Shown here one piece after another: positions 36,720-45,942 of a stretch of 64,000 nt of DNA (the first letter of the stretch is position 1; each line of letters begins with the position of its first letter). Under the pieces are notes generated by a model, which made no database searches, was not told the DNA's origin, and saw nothing but the letters and a program-made list of their open reading frames with translations. Origin of the DNA: Candidatus Dormiibacterota bacterium (GTDB taxonomy: Bacteria; Chloroflexota; Dormibacteria; Aeolococcales; Aeolococcaceae). The DNA is taken from contig JAFARE010000001.1 in the NCBI GenBank assembly GCA_019245575.1, positions 268,015 through 332,014 of the forward strand. Reading direction: 5' to 3'. The position numbers were made by a program, and so were the translations under genes.

Positions 36720-37547
36720 TCACTGAACAATCCCCGAGGTGCGCGTCACCTCGATGCCCTGCTCCTCCAGCCCGGCGATCACACGGTTGATGCCGATGCT
36801 GTCGGTGCTCATGTGCCCGGTGACCACCAGCGTGCGTCCCTTGGCCAGCTCGTCGGCGCGAAGGCGCGCAAGGTCGTCCTCGGCGATGTGCATCGAGAAG
36901 ACCGTGTCGACACCGGCGCGGAAGTACTCGCGAAACACGGGATGGCCGCCGTTGGTTCCCCCCGCCATCGCGACCGTGTAGCGGCCCAGCGCGTTCTCCG
37001 GATCGCCCAGCCAGGCCTCGGGACGGGTGTGGCCCGCCTCCATCTCGGGGAAGTCCTCGATCCAGGAGATGGCCTCGGCAACGGTGGCGCCCGGGTGGTT
37101 CCGCTCCGCCAGCCGGTCGATCAGCATCTGCCGGCCGATGATGTCGCAGGCGAGGTGTATGTTCGCCACGGGGACGCCGATGAGCCGCGCCGTGTCCACG
37201 AGACGGTTGACATTGGCGATGTGCACCATGCGGTGCGGCGCGTCGAGCCGCGACTGGACCGCGGTCTCGGCCGCCGCTCGGTCCACACCCTCGGACACCA
37301 TCTGCTCGACCTGACGCCACACAACGCGCGAGAAGCCGGTGCGCGCCCGGTCGCCCATCGGATGGTGCGCGATCACCGCGTCAAATCCCGCGTCGCGCGC
37401 GTACAGCAGCTCGCCGACGTCAATGTCGACGCCGAAGAGCACCCGGCGCACATCGTGCGTCGCCTCGACGTACACCTGCGAGTCGGCGGGCACCTCGTCG
37501 CAGCCTGCGAGCCGCGCGCTCCACTCGAGAATGTCCTGCAGCTTCAT
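36720..37547 (-). CDS. Nif3-like (DUF34) dinuclear metal centre protein
   Basis: 275 aa. The GFDAVIAHHP motif and overall pattern resemble the NIF3/YbgI family. ATGA overlap with the upstream gene. Confidence 0.5.
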   Translation of the reverse strand: MKLQDILEWSARLAGCDEVPADSQVYVEATHDVRRVLFGVDIDVGELLYARDAGFDAVIAHHPMGDRARTGFSRVVWRQVEQMVSEGVDRAAAETAVQSRLDAPHRMVHIANVNRLVDTARLIGVPVANIHLACDIIGRQMLIDRLAERNHPGATVAEAISWIEDFPEMEAGHTRPEAWLGDPENALGRYTVAMAGGTNGGHPVFREYFRAGVDTVFSMHIAEDDLARLRADELAKGRTLVVTGHMSTDSIGINRVIAGLEEQGIEVTRTSGIVQ

Positions 37548-38197
37548 GCGCCCTGTCCGCAGACGCCGGGGCTCGCCGCCGCGCCCGGGCGGTGCACGCC
37601 GACGCGCACGCCGTCAGGCGCCACCAGCACGCACTCGATGTTGGCCCGCAGCACCTGCAGCGCGGCGTTGCTGTTGAAGAGCGGGTCGAGCTGGATCGTG
37701 GGCGAGCCCACGAAGTGGTCCTGCACCCAGCCGGGAATCGGCAGGTCGCCGACGTCGACGTGCACCACCGTGGCGACGAGGCGCGCGCCACCCTGCTGCA
37801 GCGCCACGCCGATGTGCGCAACCACGGTGGTGCTGATCGGGCCGTAGCTGGTGAGGGCGGAGACGACGACGAAGCCGTCGCGCACACGCGCGCTCACGTC
37901 GTGATAGCGGTCCGGGTGTGGGTTGTTCGCGGCGGCGATGACGGACAGGTCGTGCTCGGTCAGCGTCACCACGCCATGCGGCTGGGTGACCAAATCGCGG
38001 CCCAGCTGCAGACCGAGCGACACCGCGATTGCCTGCTGCGTCTCGCCGTCGTCGTTTCCGCCTGGCGGCGCGCCCAGGTCGGGTGCGGCCATTGCGCGGT
38101 CGACGACGAAGGCGGACAGACCCAGGAGCACCAGCAGGAGGATCACGCCGAGGCAGCAGCCACGCACGACGCCACGCTCGGCAGGACGCCGCGTCAT
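37544..38197 (-). CDS. Hypothetical membrane-anchored protein
   Basis: 217 aa. N-terminal TM (CCLGVILLLVLLGLSAFVV) followed by an extracytoplasmic domain. ATGA overlaps with both neighbours. Confidence 0.55.
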   Translation of the reverse strand: MTRRPAERGVVRGCCLGVILLLVLLGLSAFVVDRAMAAPDLGAPPGGNDDGETQQAIAVSLGLQLGRDLVTQPHGVVTLTEHDLSVIAAANNPHPDRYHDVSARVRDGFVVVSALTSYGPISTTVVAHIGVALQQGGARLVATVVHVDVGDLPIPGWVQDHFVGSPTIQLDPLFNSNAALQVLRANIECVLVAPDGVRVGVHRPGAAASPGVCGQGA

Positions 38198-40566
38198 CGC
38201 TGCTGTTGCGGACGCACGACCAGGCGCGACCGCGCGTTGCGGCGCACGGCGTCGTCGCTCCAGTGCAACGTGTGCTGCCGATTGCGCAACCAGCGCTTGC
38301 GCAGGTCGCGATAGTGGCGCGACGCGGGCTGGCCGGATTGCCCCGGGCTGTGCACGCCGGTGCACGCGTCCCAGTTGCCCACGTCCATCACCTGCCGCCA
38401 CGAGGGCGCGAAGAGCCGCGTGGCGAACGGGTCGGCGGGCATGTACGACGTCGCCATCACCGTGTCGATGCTGCCGCCCACGCGCAGTGTGCCGGCGTTG
38501 AGGATCAGACCGAGCGGACGCCGCCGCGCCGCTGCGTGTGTCAGATGCAGCGCGTGCACACGACCCCAACGCCACGCGCGCGTGCGGCGTCCGTAGCGGC
38601 GCCGCAGGTCGCTGGGCACCGACTCGAGTGAACGGGACACGACGTCGGCCCACTGCGAACCTCCGAGCAGCGCCGTGTCGTCGCGCTCCCAGCGCTCGAG
38701 CAGCGATGGGGTGAGCCGTCCCGCCAGGTTGCCCGGGTACTCGAACACCGGATGCGTCAGGTCCACACCGGCAACGATGCGCCATGCGTCCCCGCACGCG
38801 GGTCGCAGCGCGTTCTCCGCGAAGCGCGCCATGAAGGCCTCGTACAGCGTCGGCTCGATGCGGTCCGGTGACATCGCGCCGTCCCAGGCGGCGAGGCGGG
38901 CGCGCACCCGCTCTGCGACAGGCGCTTCGCACGTCATCGCGCCCAGCAGCTTCACCACCTGCCGCGCCGGCGGCGACACGACGTCCAGCTGCACCGCGGC
39001 CATCGCGGAGGGATCGATCGAGTCGCCGTCGAGCAGCTCGCCGATGCGCAGCGCGCGATAGCCGCTCATGTAGTCGCTGCCGATGTAGTGCGCGTAGTCG
39101 GGGCCGACGATGCGGTTGTTCGCGGTCACGATCACGCCGTCGAGCGGGTCGAGCAGCGACGGCATCTCCTCGGGGCCGAGGAAGCGCGTCCACAGCGCTT
39201 CCCCGCCCCAACCGGGAACGGGCAGGCCGCTCGGCGTGCGGCGCCGCACCGGGATGCGCCCCACCAGGAGGTATCCGATGTGGCCGTCGACGTCCGCGTA
39301 CACCGCGTTCTGCGACGGCGCGTCGAGCGTGCTGAACGCGCTGCGAAAGCTGTCCCAGTCGTGCGCGCGCTGCAGGCGCAGCATGGTCTCGGCGGCGCCG
39401 CCCGGAGTCAGCGCCGTCCACTGCAGCGCGAGTCCGCGCCACACGTTGCGCACGGGGTCGGCGACGCGTTCGACGATCGGCCCGTGGCGGGTGATGACGA
39501 CCTCCTCCACCTCGTCGGACGCGTCGCGCACGCGGATGATCTCGCGCACCATGCGCGTGCGCTCGAAACCGCGCTCTGTGCGGTATCGCTCGGCTGAGGG
39601 CGCGTTGAACTCCTCGATGACGAGGTCCTGCGCGTCCGCGAAGGAATTGGTGAAACCCCAGGCCACATGCCGGTTGTGGCCGATGACGACGAAGGGCAGC
39701 CCGGGCAGCGTGACGCCCGTCGACTCGAAGTCGTCGCCCGCTCTGACATGCGCCGCATACCAGACCGACGGCACGGTCGGCGCGAGGTGCGGGTCGTTGC
39801 AGAGGAGGGGCCGGCCCGTGCTCGTGCGCTCGCCCGACACCACCCACGAATTGCTGGCCCCGCCCGCGGTGGGGATCCAGCGGGCGGCTTCGGCGAACAT
39901 CGCCGCCGTCTGGGCGGCGGGGGATTTGCCGGCGTGGCGCGCGGTGTCGGCCAGGATCGTCGGGTTGGCGTCGGGATAGACGATGTCCAGGCGCGCGGCG
40001 CGCTCCGGGCCGATCGCGCGCAGCAGCTCGAGCCGCTGCATCTCGACGTCCCAGTTGAGGCTGAGGCCGAGCGCCAGCAGCTTTGCCGCCAGCAGGCTGT
40101 GGAGCGGCTCCCAGGGCTCGGGGCTGGCGCGCAGGAGCCGGAACTCGAGGGGCAGCGCGCGGGAGCTGCGGATGCCGGCGTTCACGCCCGCCGCGTACGC
40201 CTCCAGCATGCGGTTGACCTCGGGGCCCGCCTGGCGGTGCTCCGCCGCGGCCACCCGAACCAGCCCGAGACGGCGCATGAAGCGGTCGATGGTCAGCCCC
40301 TCCGTGCCGATCAGCTCGCTGAGCCTGCCTTGGGCGACGCGCCGCGTCGTCTCCATCTGCCAGAGGCGGTCCTGCGCATGGACCAGGCCCATGGCGAACG
40401 CCGCGTCCTCCATGCCCGCGGCCGCGACATGGGGAACGCCGGCGGCGTCGCGCGCCACGGTGACCGCCGCCGCCAGCCCGGCGACCTCGATGGTGCCGCG
40501 CACGCGGGGCAGCGACGCGCCCAGGACGCGGCGGCGCACCAAGAGCAGCGCTGCTGCGCACAGCAC
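38194..40566 (-). CDS. Penicillin acylase family Ntn-hydrolase (possible acyl-homoserine-lactone / beta-lactam acylase)
   Basis: 790 aa. GVPHV..A....DA.FA.G.VHAQDRLWQME motif and beta-subunit nucleophile GGASNSWVVSG. The N-terminal TM helix continues upstream of the first canonical start, so the CDS may extend to CTG 40608. Confidence 0.85.
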   Translation of the reverse strand: MLCAAALLLVRRRVLGASLPRVRGTIEVAGLAAAVTVARDAAGVPHVAAAGMEDAAFAMGLVHAQDRLWQMETTRRVAQGRLSELIGTEGLTIDRFMRRLGLVRVAAAEHRQAGPEVNRMLEAYAAGVNAGIRSSRALPLEFRLLRASPEPWEPLHSLLAAKLLALGLSLNWDVEMQRLELLRAIGPERAARLDIVYPDANPTILADTARHAGKSPAAQTAAMFAEAARWIPTAGGASNSWVVSGERTSTGRPLLCNDPHLAPTVPSVWYAAHVRAGDDFESTGVTLPGLPFVVIGHNRHVAWGFTNSFADAQDLVIEEFNAPSAERYRTERGFERTRMVREIIRVRDASDEVEEVVITRHGPIVERVADPVRNVWRGLALQWTALTPGGAAETMLRLQRAHDWDSFRSAFSTLDAPSQNAVYADVDGHIGYLLVGRIPVRRRTPSGLPVPGWGGEALWTRFLGPEEMPSLLDPLDGVIVTANNRIVGPDYAHYIGSDYMSGYRALRIGELLDGDSIDPSAMAAVQLDVVSPPARQVVKLLGAMTCEAPVAERVRARLAAWDGAMSPDRIEPTLYEAFMARFAENALRPACGDAWRIVAGVDLTHPVFEYPGNLAGRLTPSLLERWERDDTALLGGSQWADVVSRSLESVPSDLRRRYGRRTRAWRWGRVHALHLTHAAARRRPLGLILNAGTLRVGGSIDTVMATSYMPADPFATRLFAPSWRQVMDVGNWDACTGVHSPGQSGQPASRHYRDLRKRWLRNRQHTLHWSDDAVRRNARSRLVVRPQQQR

Positions 40567-40648
40567 CAGGACGAAGAGGACGGCTCCTGCCGTGACGACG
40601 ATGACCAGGTTGGTGCTCCCGTGCGTGAGGCCGGCTAATGGTACGTAC

Positions 40649-40654
40649 TAGACT
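40649..40654 (+). promoter_or_regulatory. Putative -10 (TAGACT) for gcvT
   Basis: TAGACT lies 10 nt upstream of ATG 40665. Confidence 0.35.
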
Positions 40655-40664
40655 CCGGCACTCC

Positions 40665-41750
40665 ATGGCCGCGCGCACGCCTTTGTACGACAGGCACGTG
40701 GCCATGGGCGCGCGAATGGTCGAGTTCGCCGGCTTCGACATGCCGCTGCAGTACTCGAGCATCCGCGAGGAGCACGAGGCGGTGCGCAACCGCGCGGGCA
40801 TCTTCGACCTGTCCCACATGGGCGAGGTGCGCATCGCCGGCGCGGACGCCGACGCTACCGTGCAGCGGCTCATCAGCAACGACCTCAACCGGGTGAGCGC
40901 GGGCGGCGCGGTGTACTCCGTGATGTGCAACGAGCACGGCGGGATCGTGGACGACGTTGTCGTGTACCGCGACGACGACTCGTGCATGGTCGTGGTCAAT
41001 GCATCGTGCCGGCAGAAGGATGTGAGCTGGATGCGCGACCACGCGGCGGCGGCCGGCATCGAGGACATCAGCGACGATGTGGCGTTGATCGCGGTGCAGG
41101 GTCCGCGCGCGCGGGCGATCGTCGCGACGCTCACGTCGGTGGACCTCGACTCGATCAAGCCCTTCCATGCGACCTTCGGCGACGTCGCCGGTGTGGCCTC
41201 ACGCATCTCGCGCACCGGCTACACGGGCGAGGACGGGCTCGAGCTGTACGTGATGGGGGACGTCGCCATGCAGCTGTGGGACGCGCTCCTCGAGGTGGGT
41301 GAGGCGGAAGGCCTGGTTCCCTGCGGACTCGGGGCCCGGGACACGCTCCGCCTCGAGGCGGGGCTCCGCCTCTACGGCCAGGACATGGACGACGGCACGG
41401 ACCCCTACAGCTGCGCGCTCGGTTGGACCGTGAAGCTGGACAAGGGCGAGTTCATCGGCGCGGGCGCGCTGCGCGCCATCGACCCCAAGCATCCGCCCCG
41501 GCGCTTCATCGGGCTCCGGCTCGCCGGGCGCACCATCGCCCGTCACAGCCAGCCGGTGCTGGCCGGCGACCTGGTGGTCGGCGAGGTGACCAGCGGCACG
41601 TACAGCTTCACGCTGGGGCACGGCATCGCCACCGCCTCGGTGCAGCCCTCGGTGACTCCGACGACACCGCTCTTCGTCGACATCCGCGGCACGGTGCACG
41701 CCGCCGAGCAGGTGCCGCTCCCCTTCTACCGCCGACCCAAAGGAGGATGA
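40665..41750 (+). CDS. gcvT: Glycine cleavage system aminomethyltransferase T
   Basis: RTPLYDRHVAMGARMVEFAGFDMPLQY...IFDLSHMGE. ATG 40665 lies within ORF 40638-41750. Confidence 0.9.
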   Translation: MAARTPLYDRHVAMGARMVEFAGFDMPLQYSSIREEHEAVRNRAGIFDLSHMGEVRIAGADADATVQRLISNDLNRVSAGGAVYSVMCNEHGGIVDDVVVYRDDDSCMVVVNASCRQKDVSWMRDHAAAAGIEDISDDVALIAVQGPRARAIVATLTSVDLDSIKPFHATFGDVAGVASRISRTGYTGEDGLELYVMGDVAMQLWDALLEVGEAEGLVPCGLGARDTLRLEAGLRLYGQDMDDGTDPYSCALGWTVKLDKGEFIGAGALRAIDPKHPPRRFIGLRLAGRTIARHSQPVLAGDLVVGEVTSGTYSFTLGHGIATASVQPSVTPTTPLFVDIRGTVHAAEQVPLPFYRRPKGG

Positions 41751-42133
41751 CCGTGGCCGACCTCTCCGCCTACCGCTTCACGTCGAGCCACGAGTGGGTG
41801 CGCCGCGACGGCGGCGCCGCGACCGTCGGCATTACGGAGCACGCCCAGAGCCAGCTCGGCGACGTCATCTTTCTCGAGCTGCCGGAGGTGGGTGCGACCC
41901 TCCGGGCGGGCGAGAAGTTCGGCGCCGTGGAATCGGTCAAGGCCGCCAGCGACCTCTACTCCCCGGTGGGCGGCACGGTCGCGGAGGTCAACGCGAAGCT
42001 CGCCGACAGCCCCGAGCTGGTGAACAGCGACCCCTACGGCGAGGGCTGGATGATCCGCCTCGACGGCGCTGACGAGGGCGGCGCCGAGCTGCTGGACCAG
42101 GCCGCGTACGACGCGCTGACAACCGGTGCGTAG
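41747..42133 (+). CDS. gcvH: Glycine cleavage system H protein
   Basis: YRFTSSHEWV and lipoyl-lysine motif VESVKAASD. AGGAGG is upstream and the gene overlaps gcvT as ATGA. Confidence 0.9.
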   Translation: MTVADLSAYRFTSSHEWVRRDGGAATVGITEHAQSQLGDVIFLELPEVGATLRAGEKFGAVESVKAASDLYSPVGGTVAEVNAKLADSPELVNSDPYGEGWMIRLDGADEGGAELLDQAAYDALTTGA

Positions 42134-42136
42134 ACT
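42131..42136 (+). promoter_or_regulatory. Putative -10 (TAGACT) for tRNA-Val
   Basis: TAGACT, whose TAG is the gcvH stop, lies 12 nt upstream of the tRNA 5' end. Confidence 0.35.
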
Positions 42137-42148
42137 CGCCGGAGGCAG

Positions 42149-42222
42149 GGTCAGCTAGCTCAGTTGGTTAGAGCGCGCGGTTCACATCCGCGAGGTCGAG
42201 GGTTCGAGTCCCCCGTTGACCA
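42149..42222 (+). tRNA. tRNA-Val (anticodon CAC)
   Basis: Cloverleaf folded by hand. Acceptor GGTCAGC/GTTGACC (one G.U). D arm GCTC-AGTTGGTTA-GAGC. Anticodon arm CGCGG-TTCACAT-CCGCG. T arm with TTCGAGT loop. Discriminator A. No encoded CCA. Confidence 0.9.
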
Positions 42223-42394
42223 GTCAATCACTGGGAGAAGGCAGATCCTTCCCCCTGAAGCCCGCCGGCACAGCCGGCAGTCTTCACCCTCATCCTCGGC
42301 GCGACTCCGCGCAAGGTTTTGACGCGGCCGGACGTTTTCTGACTTGCCGCCGTCCGCGCGCGGCCAGGAAGGCATACCGGGAGGGATCACGGCG

Positions 42395-45355
42395 ATGGGA
42401 CGACCGAGACACGTCGCGTTTGTCGGCGCGCTGGCGCTCATAGCGGCATCGGCGATCGCGGCAGGATCACACGTTTCGGTCGCCCGAGCGGACACTCCCT
42501 CAGGGCCGTACACCGTCCTCGCCAACGGGACCCCGGCCACGTACAACAACGTCAACGGCGTCAGCGGCTGGCCGGATCCGAATGGGCCGCCCGCGCCCGC
42601 TCCGACGTGCAGCTCCTCCGACCCGCCGGCGGGCGGCAGCTGCGACCGGCAGACGATCCACTTCCAGGCGGGCACCGCGCCGACGTCGGACACCTTTGCC
42701 CTCCAGGTGATGGTGACCTTCACCCAGAAGGACCCGACGCTGGGCAACTGCCTTGACCTGGCCATCGAGGACAGCACGGCCACGACCGTGTACGCGCACC
42801 AGAACTGCGTGGGCTCGGGCGGATCCGTGACGGCGGCCAACATCGCTCCCAACGCGGACTACACCGTGGAGATCGACGCCGACGCGAACAACGGCGCCAT
42901 CGTGATGGCGCAGCCGTTCACGGCGACGGTAACCGGCACGGCGGCCGCGGTCAGCGGCCCCACGCCGACGCCGGTTCCCTCGAACCCCTTCACGTTCACG
43001 CACGAGGTCTCGGTGGACATCCAGCACGGTGACGGCGAGCCCGACCTGGCCATCTCCAGCGACAACCAGAGCCTGTACTCGGCGACTCCGTACGGCTTCT
43101 CGACCACGGTGAGCCTCATGTACAAGAGCCAGGACGGCGGCGTGCAGTGGGACAACCTGCACGGGTCCGCGGTGGGCCAGGCGTGCCCCCTGCCGGCGGC
43201 GCTGGTGCTTCGCCCCGACTGCTCCCGCGGCGGCGGTGACGCGGAGATCCAGCTGAGCCAGCCTGGCAGCGGCGGGCCGCAGCGCGTGCAGTTCGCCGAC
43301 CTGAACGGCCTGGACAGCATCTCCTGCGCCTACTCGGATGACGGCGGCGACACGTTCCACGACCTCCCCGCGTTCGTCCTCTCCGGCAACCCGGTCCCGG
43401 GCAGCGCGTGCAACGAGGGCGGCACGGTGCCGCCGACCTGCCAGACGGTCCCGCCGCCCACCAACACGTGCGGCACGCTGGGCACCGACCGCCAGTGGAT
43501 CGCAGTCTGGCCGAAGGCGGACCAGCCGGGCGGCACGACGGATCACCTCTACATGACGTTCGACACCGGCGACCAGCCACCCAGCGGTGACGCGGCCATC
43601 TACTCCAACGACAACGGAAACACGTGGACCGCCGCGTGCACCACGCTCACGGGGCCGAGCTGCCTCGGCGGCGCCAACGGCGTCGGCTCGCGGCCCGGTC
43701 CCCTGGTCATCAACCCGACGCTGCTGAACACCGTGACCGGCACCGCCAACGTGGTCGGCGGGACCTACCCGACTCTGTACGAGTTCATGGGCACGAGCAG
43801 CAACGGCACCGAGGTCAACATCTCCTGCGACGGCGGGCAGACGTGGAGCAACGTGGCCACCTCGAACGGCCAGGTGGGCAGCACCACCGACGACTTCGTT
43901 GTGGGCGGCATTGACCAGAACGGAGAGGTCTACACGGCGTACTCGGTCGCCAACGGCTCCAGCCCGTGGCGCGTGTGGTTCGCGCACTCCACGGACTCGA
44001 AGCAGGTGGGCGACTGCTCGCAGGCGATCCCCGGCGCCGGCCGCTGGAGCTCGCCGACCGCGCTCACGGGACCGCCCTCGACGTCTGACGGCGTCGGCCC
44101 CACCCCGGTGCCCGGCCAGACCTACGCGGTCATGCCCTGGCTGACCGCGGGCAGTGCCGGCCGCATCGACCTCGTGTACTACGGGACGTCCGCGGGCGTG
44201 GGGCTGTCCCCCGACTCGCAGGCCGCCACCTGGTACCTGCACATGGCGCAGTCGCTCGACGGCGGCGCGACATGGACCGACGAGCAGGCGAGTGAGACGC
44301 CGATGCACGTGAAGTCCATCTGCTTCAGCGGCATCGGCTGCACCGCGCAGACGCCGCCCGGCGGTGACCGCAACCTGCTCGACTTCTTCCAGGTCAAGCT
44401 CGACTCGCACGGCCGCGCGATCATCATCTACACCGACGACAACAACACCGCGGCGTGCGCGCCCACGTGCAGCCCCGGCATCGGACTGATCTCCAGCGTG
44501 CAGCAGGCGTCGGGACCGAGCCTGTACGGCGGCTCCGTGCCATCCATCACGAACGGCCTGTCGCAGTCTCTCGATGTGCGCACAGCGGGCGCGAACGCGG
44601 ACGTCACGGATCCAACGGGTGACGCCGTTCTCGCCAATCCCGGCCACAACATCCAGGGCACCCCTGTTCCCGCGGCCGACATCACCGACCTCAAGGTGTG
44701 CACGACGCACACCACGGCCTGCCCCGTGGCCAACACGGCGCCCAACACGCTGTCGTTCCTGTTCACGGTGGCCAGCCTCAGCGGCGGCCCCGGCAGCGCC
44801 GTGGTCACCGCCAACGGCAGCACGAGCGCCAACTGGCTCGTGACGTGGCGCACCAACAACGATTTGTGGTTCGCCCAGGCGGTGACGGATCCGGCCGGCA
44901 CGCTGACCTGCACCTACGGCCGGCCGCAGTCGATCTTCAACGACGGCGAGCCCAAGGCCGTGGAATACATCGGCAACCCCGAGGCGATGCACCTCCCGGC
45001 CACGTCGTGCCTGGCCAACAACACAGCCAACACGATCGAGATCGACGTGCCGATGGACAGCATCTCCGGCCTGGCCACGGCGTCGGAGCTGTACGGGCTC
45101 ACCGGCTGGACGGGCAACGCCACGGCGGCGCTCCCCGCCACGGTGTGCCAGACGGCGCCCGGCGGCACCGACTGCAGCGGCGCGCTCGGGTTCTTCAACA
45201 ACATCGACGAGACGGCGCCGCTGGACGTGCTGCTGAGCGGCTCGCAGACGGTCACGCCCGAGGTGCCCTCGGCGCCCCTGCTGATCGGACTGGGCGCGCT
45301 GGCCGTCCTTGGTGGCGGCTACCTGCGGAGGTGGCGCCGGAGCAGCGCGCTCTGA
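42395..45355 (+). CDS. Large secreted BNR/Asp-box repeat protein (sialidase-fold-like) with a C-terminal PEP-CTERM-like anchor
   Basis: 986 aa. Signal peptide and five Asp-boxes (SQDGGVQW, SDDGGDTF, SNDNGNTW, SCDGGQTW, SLDGGATW). Tail PEVPSAPLLIGLGALAVLGGGYLRRWRR. GGGAGGGA lies 8 nt upstream of ATG 42395. Confidence 0.8.
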   Translation: MGRPRHVAFVGALALIAASAIAAGSHVSVARADTPSGPYTVLANGTPATYNNVNGVSGWPDPNGPPAPAPTCSSSDPPAGGSCDRQTIHFQAGTAPTSDTFALQVMVTFTQKDPTLGNCLDLAIEDSTATTVYAHQNCVGSGGSVTAANIAPNADYTVEIDADANNGAIVMAQPFTATVTGTAAAVSGPTPTPVPSNPFTFTHEVSVDIQHGDGEPDLAISSDNQSLYSATPYGFSTTVSLMYKSQDGGVQWDNLHGSAVGQACPLPAALVLRPDCSRGGGDAEIQLSQPGSGGPQRVQFADLNGLDSISCAYSDDGGDTFHDLPAFVLSGNPVPGSACNEGGTVPPTCQTVPPPTNTCGTLGTDRQWIAVWPKADQPGGTTDHLYMTFDTGDQPPSGDAAIYSNDNGNTWTAACTTLTGPSCLGGANGVGSRPGPLVINPTLLNTVTGTANVVGGTYPTLYEFMGTSSNGTEVNISCDGGQTWSNVATSNGQVGSTTDDFVVGGIDQNGEVYTAYSVANGSSPWRVWFAHSTDSKQVGDCSQAIPGAGRWSSPTALTGPPSTSDGVGPTPVPGQTYAVMPWLTAGSAGRIDLVYYGTSAGVGLSPDSQAATWYLHMAQSLDGGATWTDEQASETPMHVKSICFSGIGCTAQTPPGGDRNLLDFFQVKLDSHGRAIIIYTDDNNTAACAPTCSPGIGLISSVQQASGPSLYGGSVPSITNGLSQSLDVRTAGANADVTDPTGDAVLANPGHNIQGTPVPAADITDLKVCTTHTTACPVANTAPNTLSFLFTVASLSGGPGSAVVTANGSTSANWLVTWRTNNDLWFAQAVTDPAGTLTCTYGRPQSIFNDGEPKAVEYIGNPEAMHLPATSCLANNTANTIEIDVPMDSISGLATASELYGLTGWTGNATAALPATVCQTAPGGTDCSGALGFFNNIDETAPLDVLLSGSQTVTPEVPSAPLLIGLGALAVLGGGYLRRWRRSSAL

Positions 45356-45388
45356 TCCGGCGCCCGGCCTCCCCGGTCCAACGCTGAT

Positions 45389-45781
45389 TTGGCGACGACC
45401 CCACCACCCCCACCCCCGCCCGGGTACGGCGCGCCGCCCACGGCCTCGGCGACGGTGGCACGCGCCACGGTCACCCCCGCCGGGTTCCGGGCGCGCCAGA
45501 CGGTCTGGGTGCTGCTGGTGATCACCGACCTGATCCTGGCGCTCCGGTTCATCTTCTACGCGGCCGGGGCCCACGACACGGGGTTCGCCCACGCGATGTT
45601 CGTGCTCGGCTCGGCGCTGGATGCGCCGTTTCGCGGCATCTTCAACGTGACCGAGCACACCGCCGGCCACCCCCTGCAGTGGGCCGATCTGCTGGCGATC
45701 GCCATCTACAGCGTCGCCGCCTGGATCGTGGCCCGCCTGATCACCATCGCAGCCACCCCGCCGGCGCGCTCCGGGCCCTGA
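45389..45781 (+). CDS. Hypothetical membrane protein with Pro-rich N-terminus (YggT-like?)
   Basis: 130 aa, two TM segments, high GC3. The TTG start is uncertain (alternative GTG 45455). Confidence 0.5.
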   Translation: MATTPPPPPPPGYGAPPTASATVARATVTPAGFRARQTVWVLLVITDLILALRFIFYAAGAHDTGFAHAMFVLGSALDAPFRGIFNVTEHTAGHPLQWADLLAIAIYSVAAWIVARLITIAATPPARSGP

Positions 45782-45805
45782 CCCTTCGCCGGACAGGCCG
45801 GTTGG

Positions 45806-45942
45806 TACACTGAGCGCCGCGTCCCGCTGGGCGCATCACATCCGCAAACGCTTTCCTGCACCCGGCAGCGGCCGCCTTCGCACCTCGGCGGCCGTCCGGC
45901 GCCAGGTGCCGTGAGCCCAGAGGAAAGGAGGTGAGGCCGCGC
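45806..45942 (+). promoter_or_regulatory. rpsF promoter (TACACT 45806-45811) and structured 5' leader
   Basis: Roughly 125-nt leader. It holds a nested hairpin at 45858-45909 (inner 8-bp stem CGGCCGCC/GGCGGCCG) and AGGAGG at 45926-45931. This contrasts with the leaderless genes elsewhere in the window. Confidence 0.3.

Noticed and set aside
40567-40664. Glycine riboswitch expected upstream of gcvT
   Set aside because: The gap is under 100 nt and is largely taken up by the acylase N-terminal extension. No GGAGAG...ACCGAAGGGGC-type conserved cores are visible.
37544-41215. 1223-aa ORF on the minus strand
   Set aside because: It is chimeric. Only the last 217 codons (37544-38197) look real. 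The middle is out of frame with the penicillin acylase gene, and the 5' part is antisense to gcvT.
42500-45670. 1056-aa ORF on the minus strand
   Set aside because: It is entirely antisense to the BNR gene and the following membrane-protein gene. It is Arg/Gly/Ala-rich low-complexity sequence with no motifs, which is a typical high-GC antisense artefact.
42223-45781. Genomic island integrated at tRNA-Val
   Set aside because: There is no integrase, no direct repeat of the tRNA 3' end and no obvious compositional shift. The downstream genes look native.
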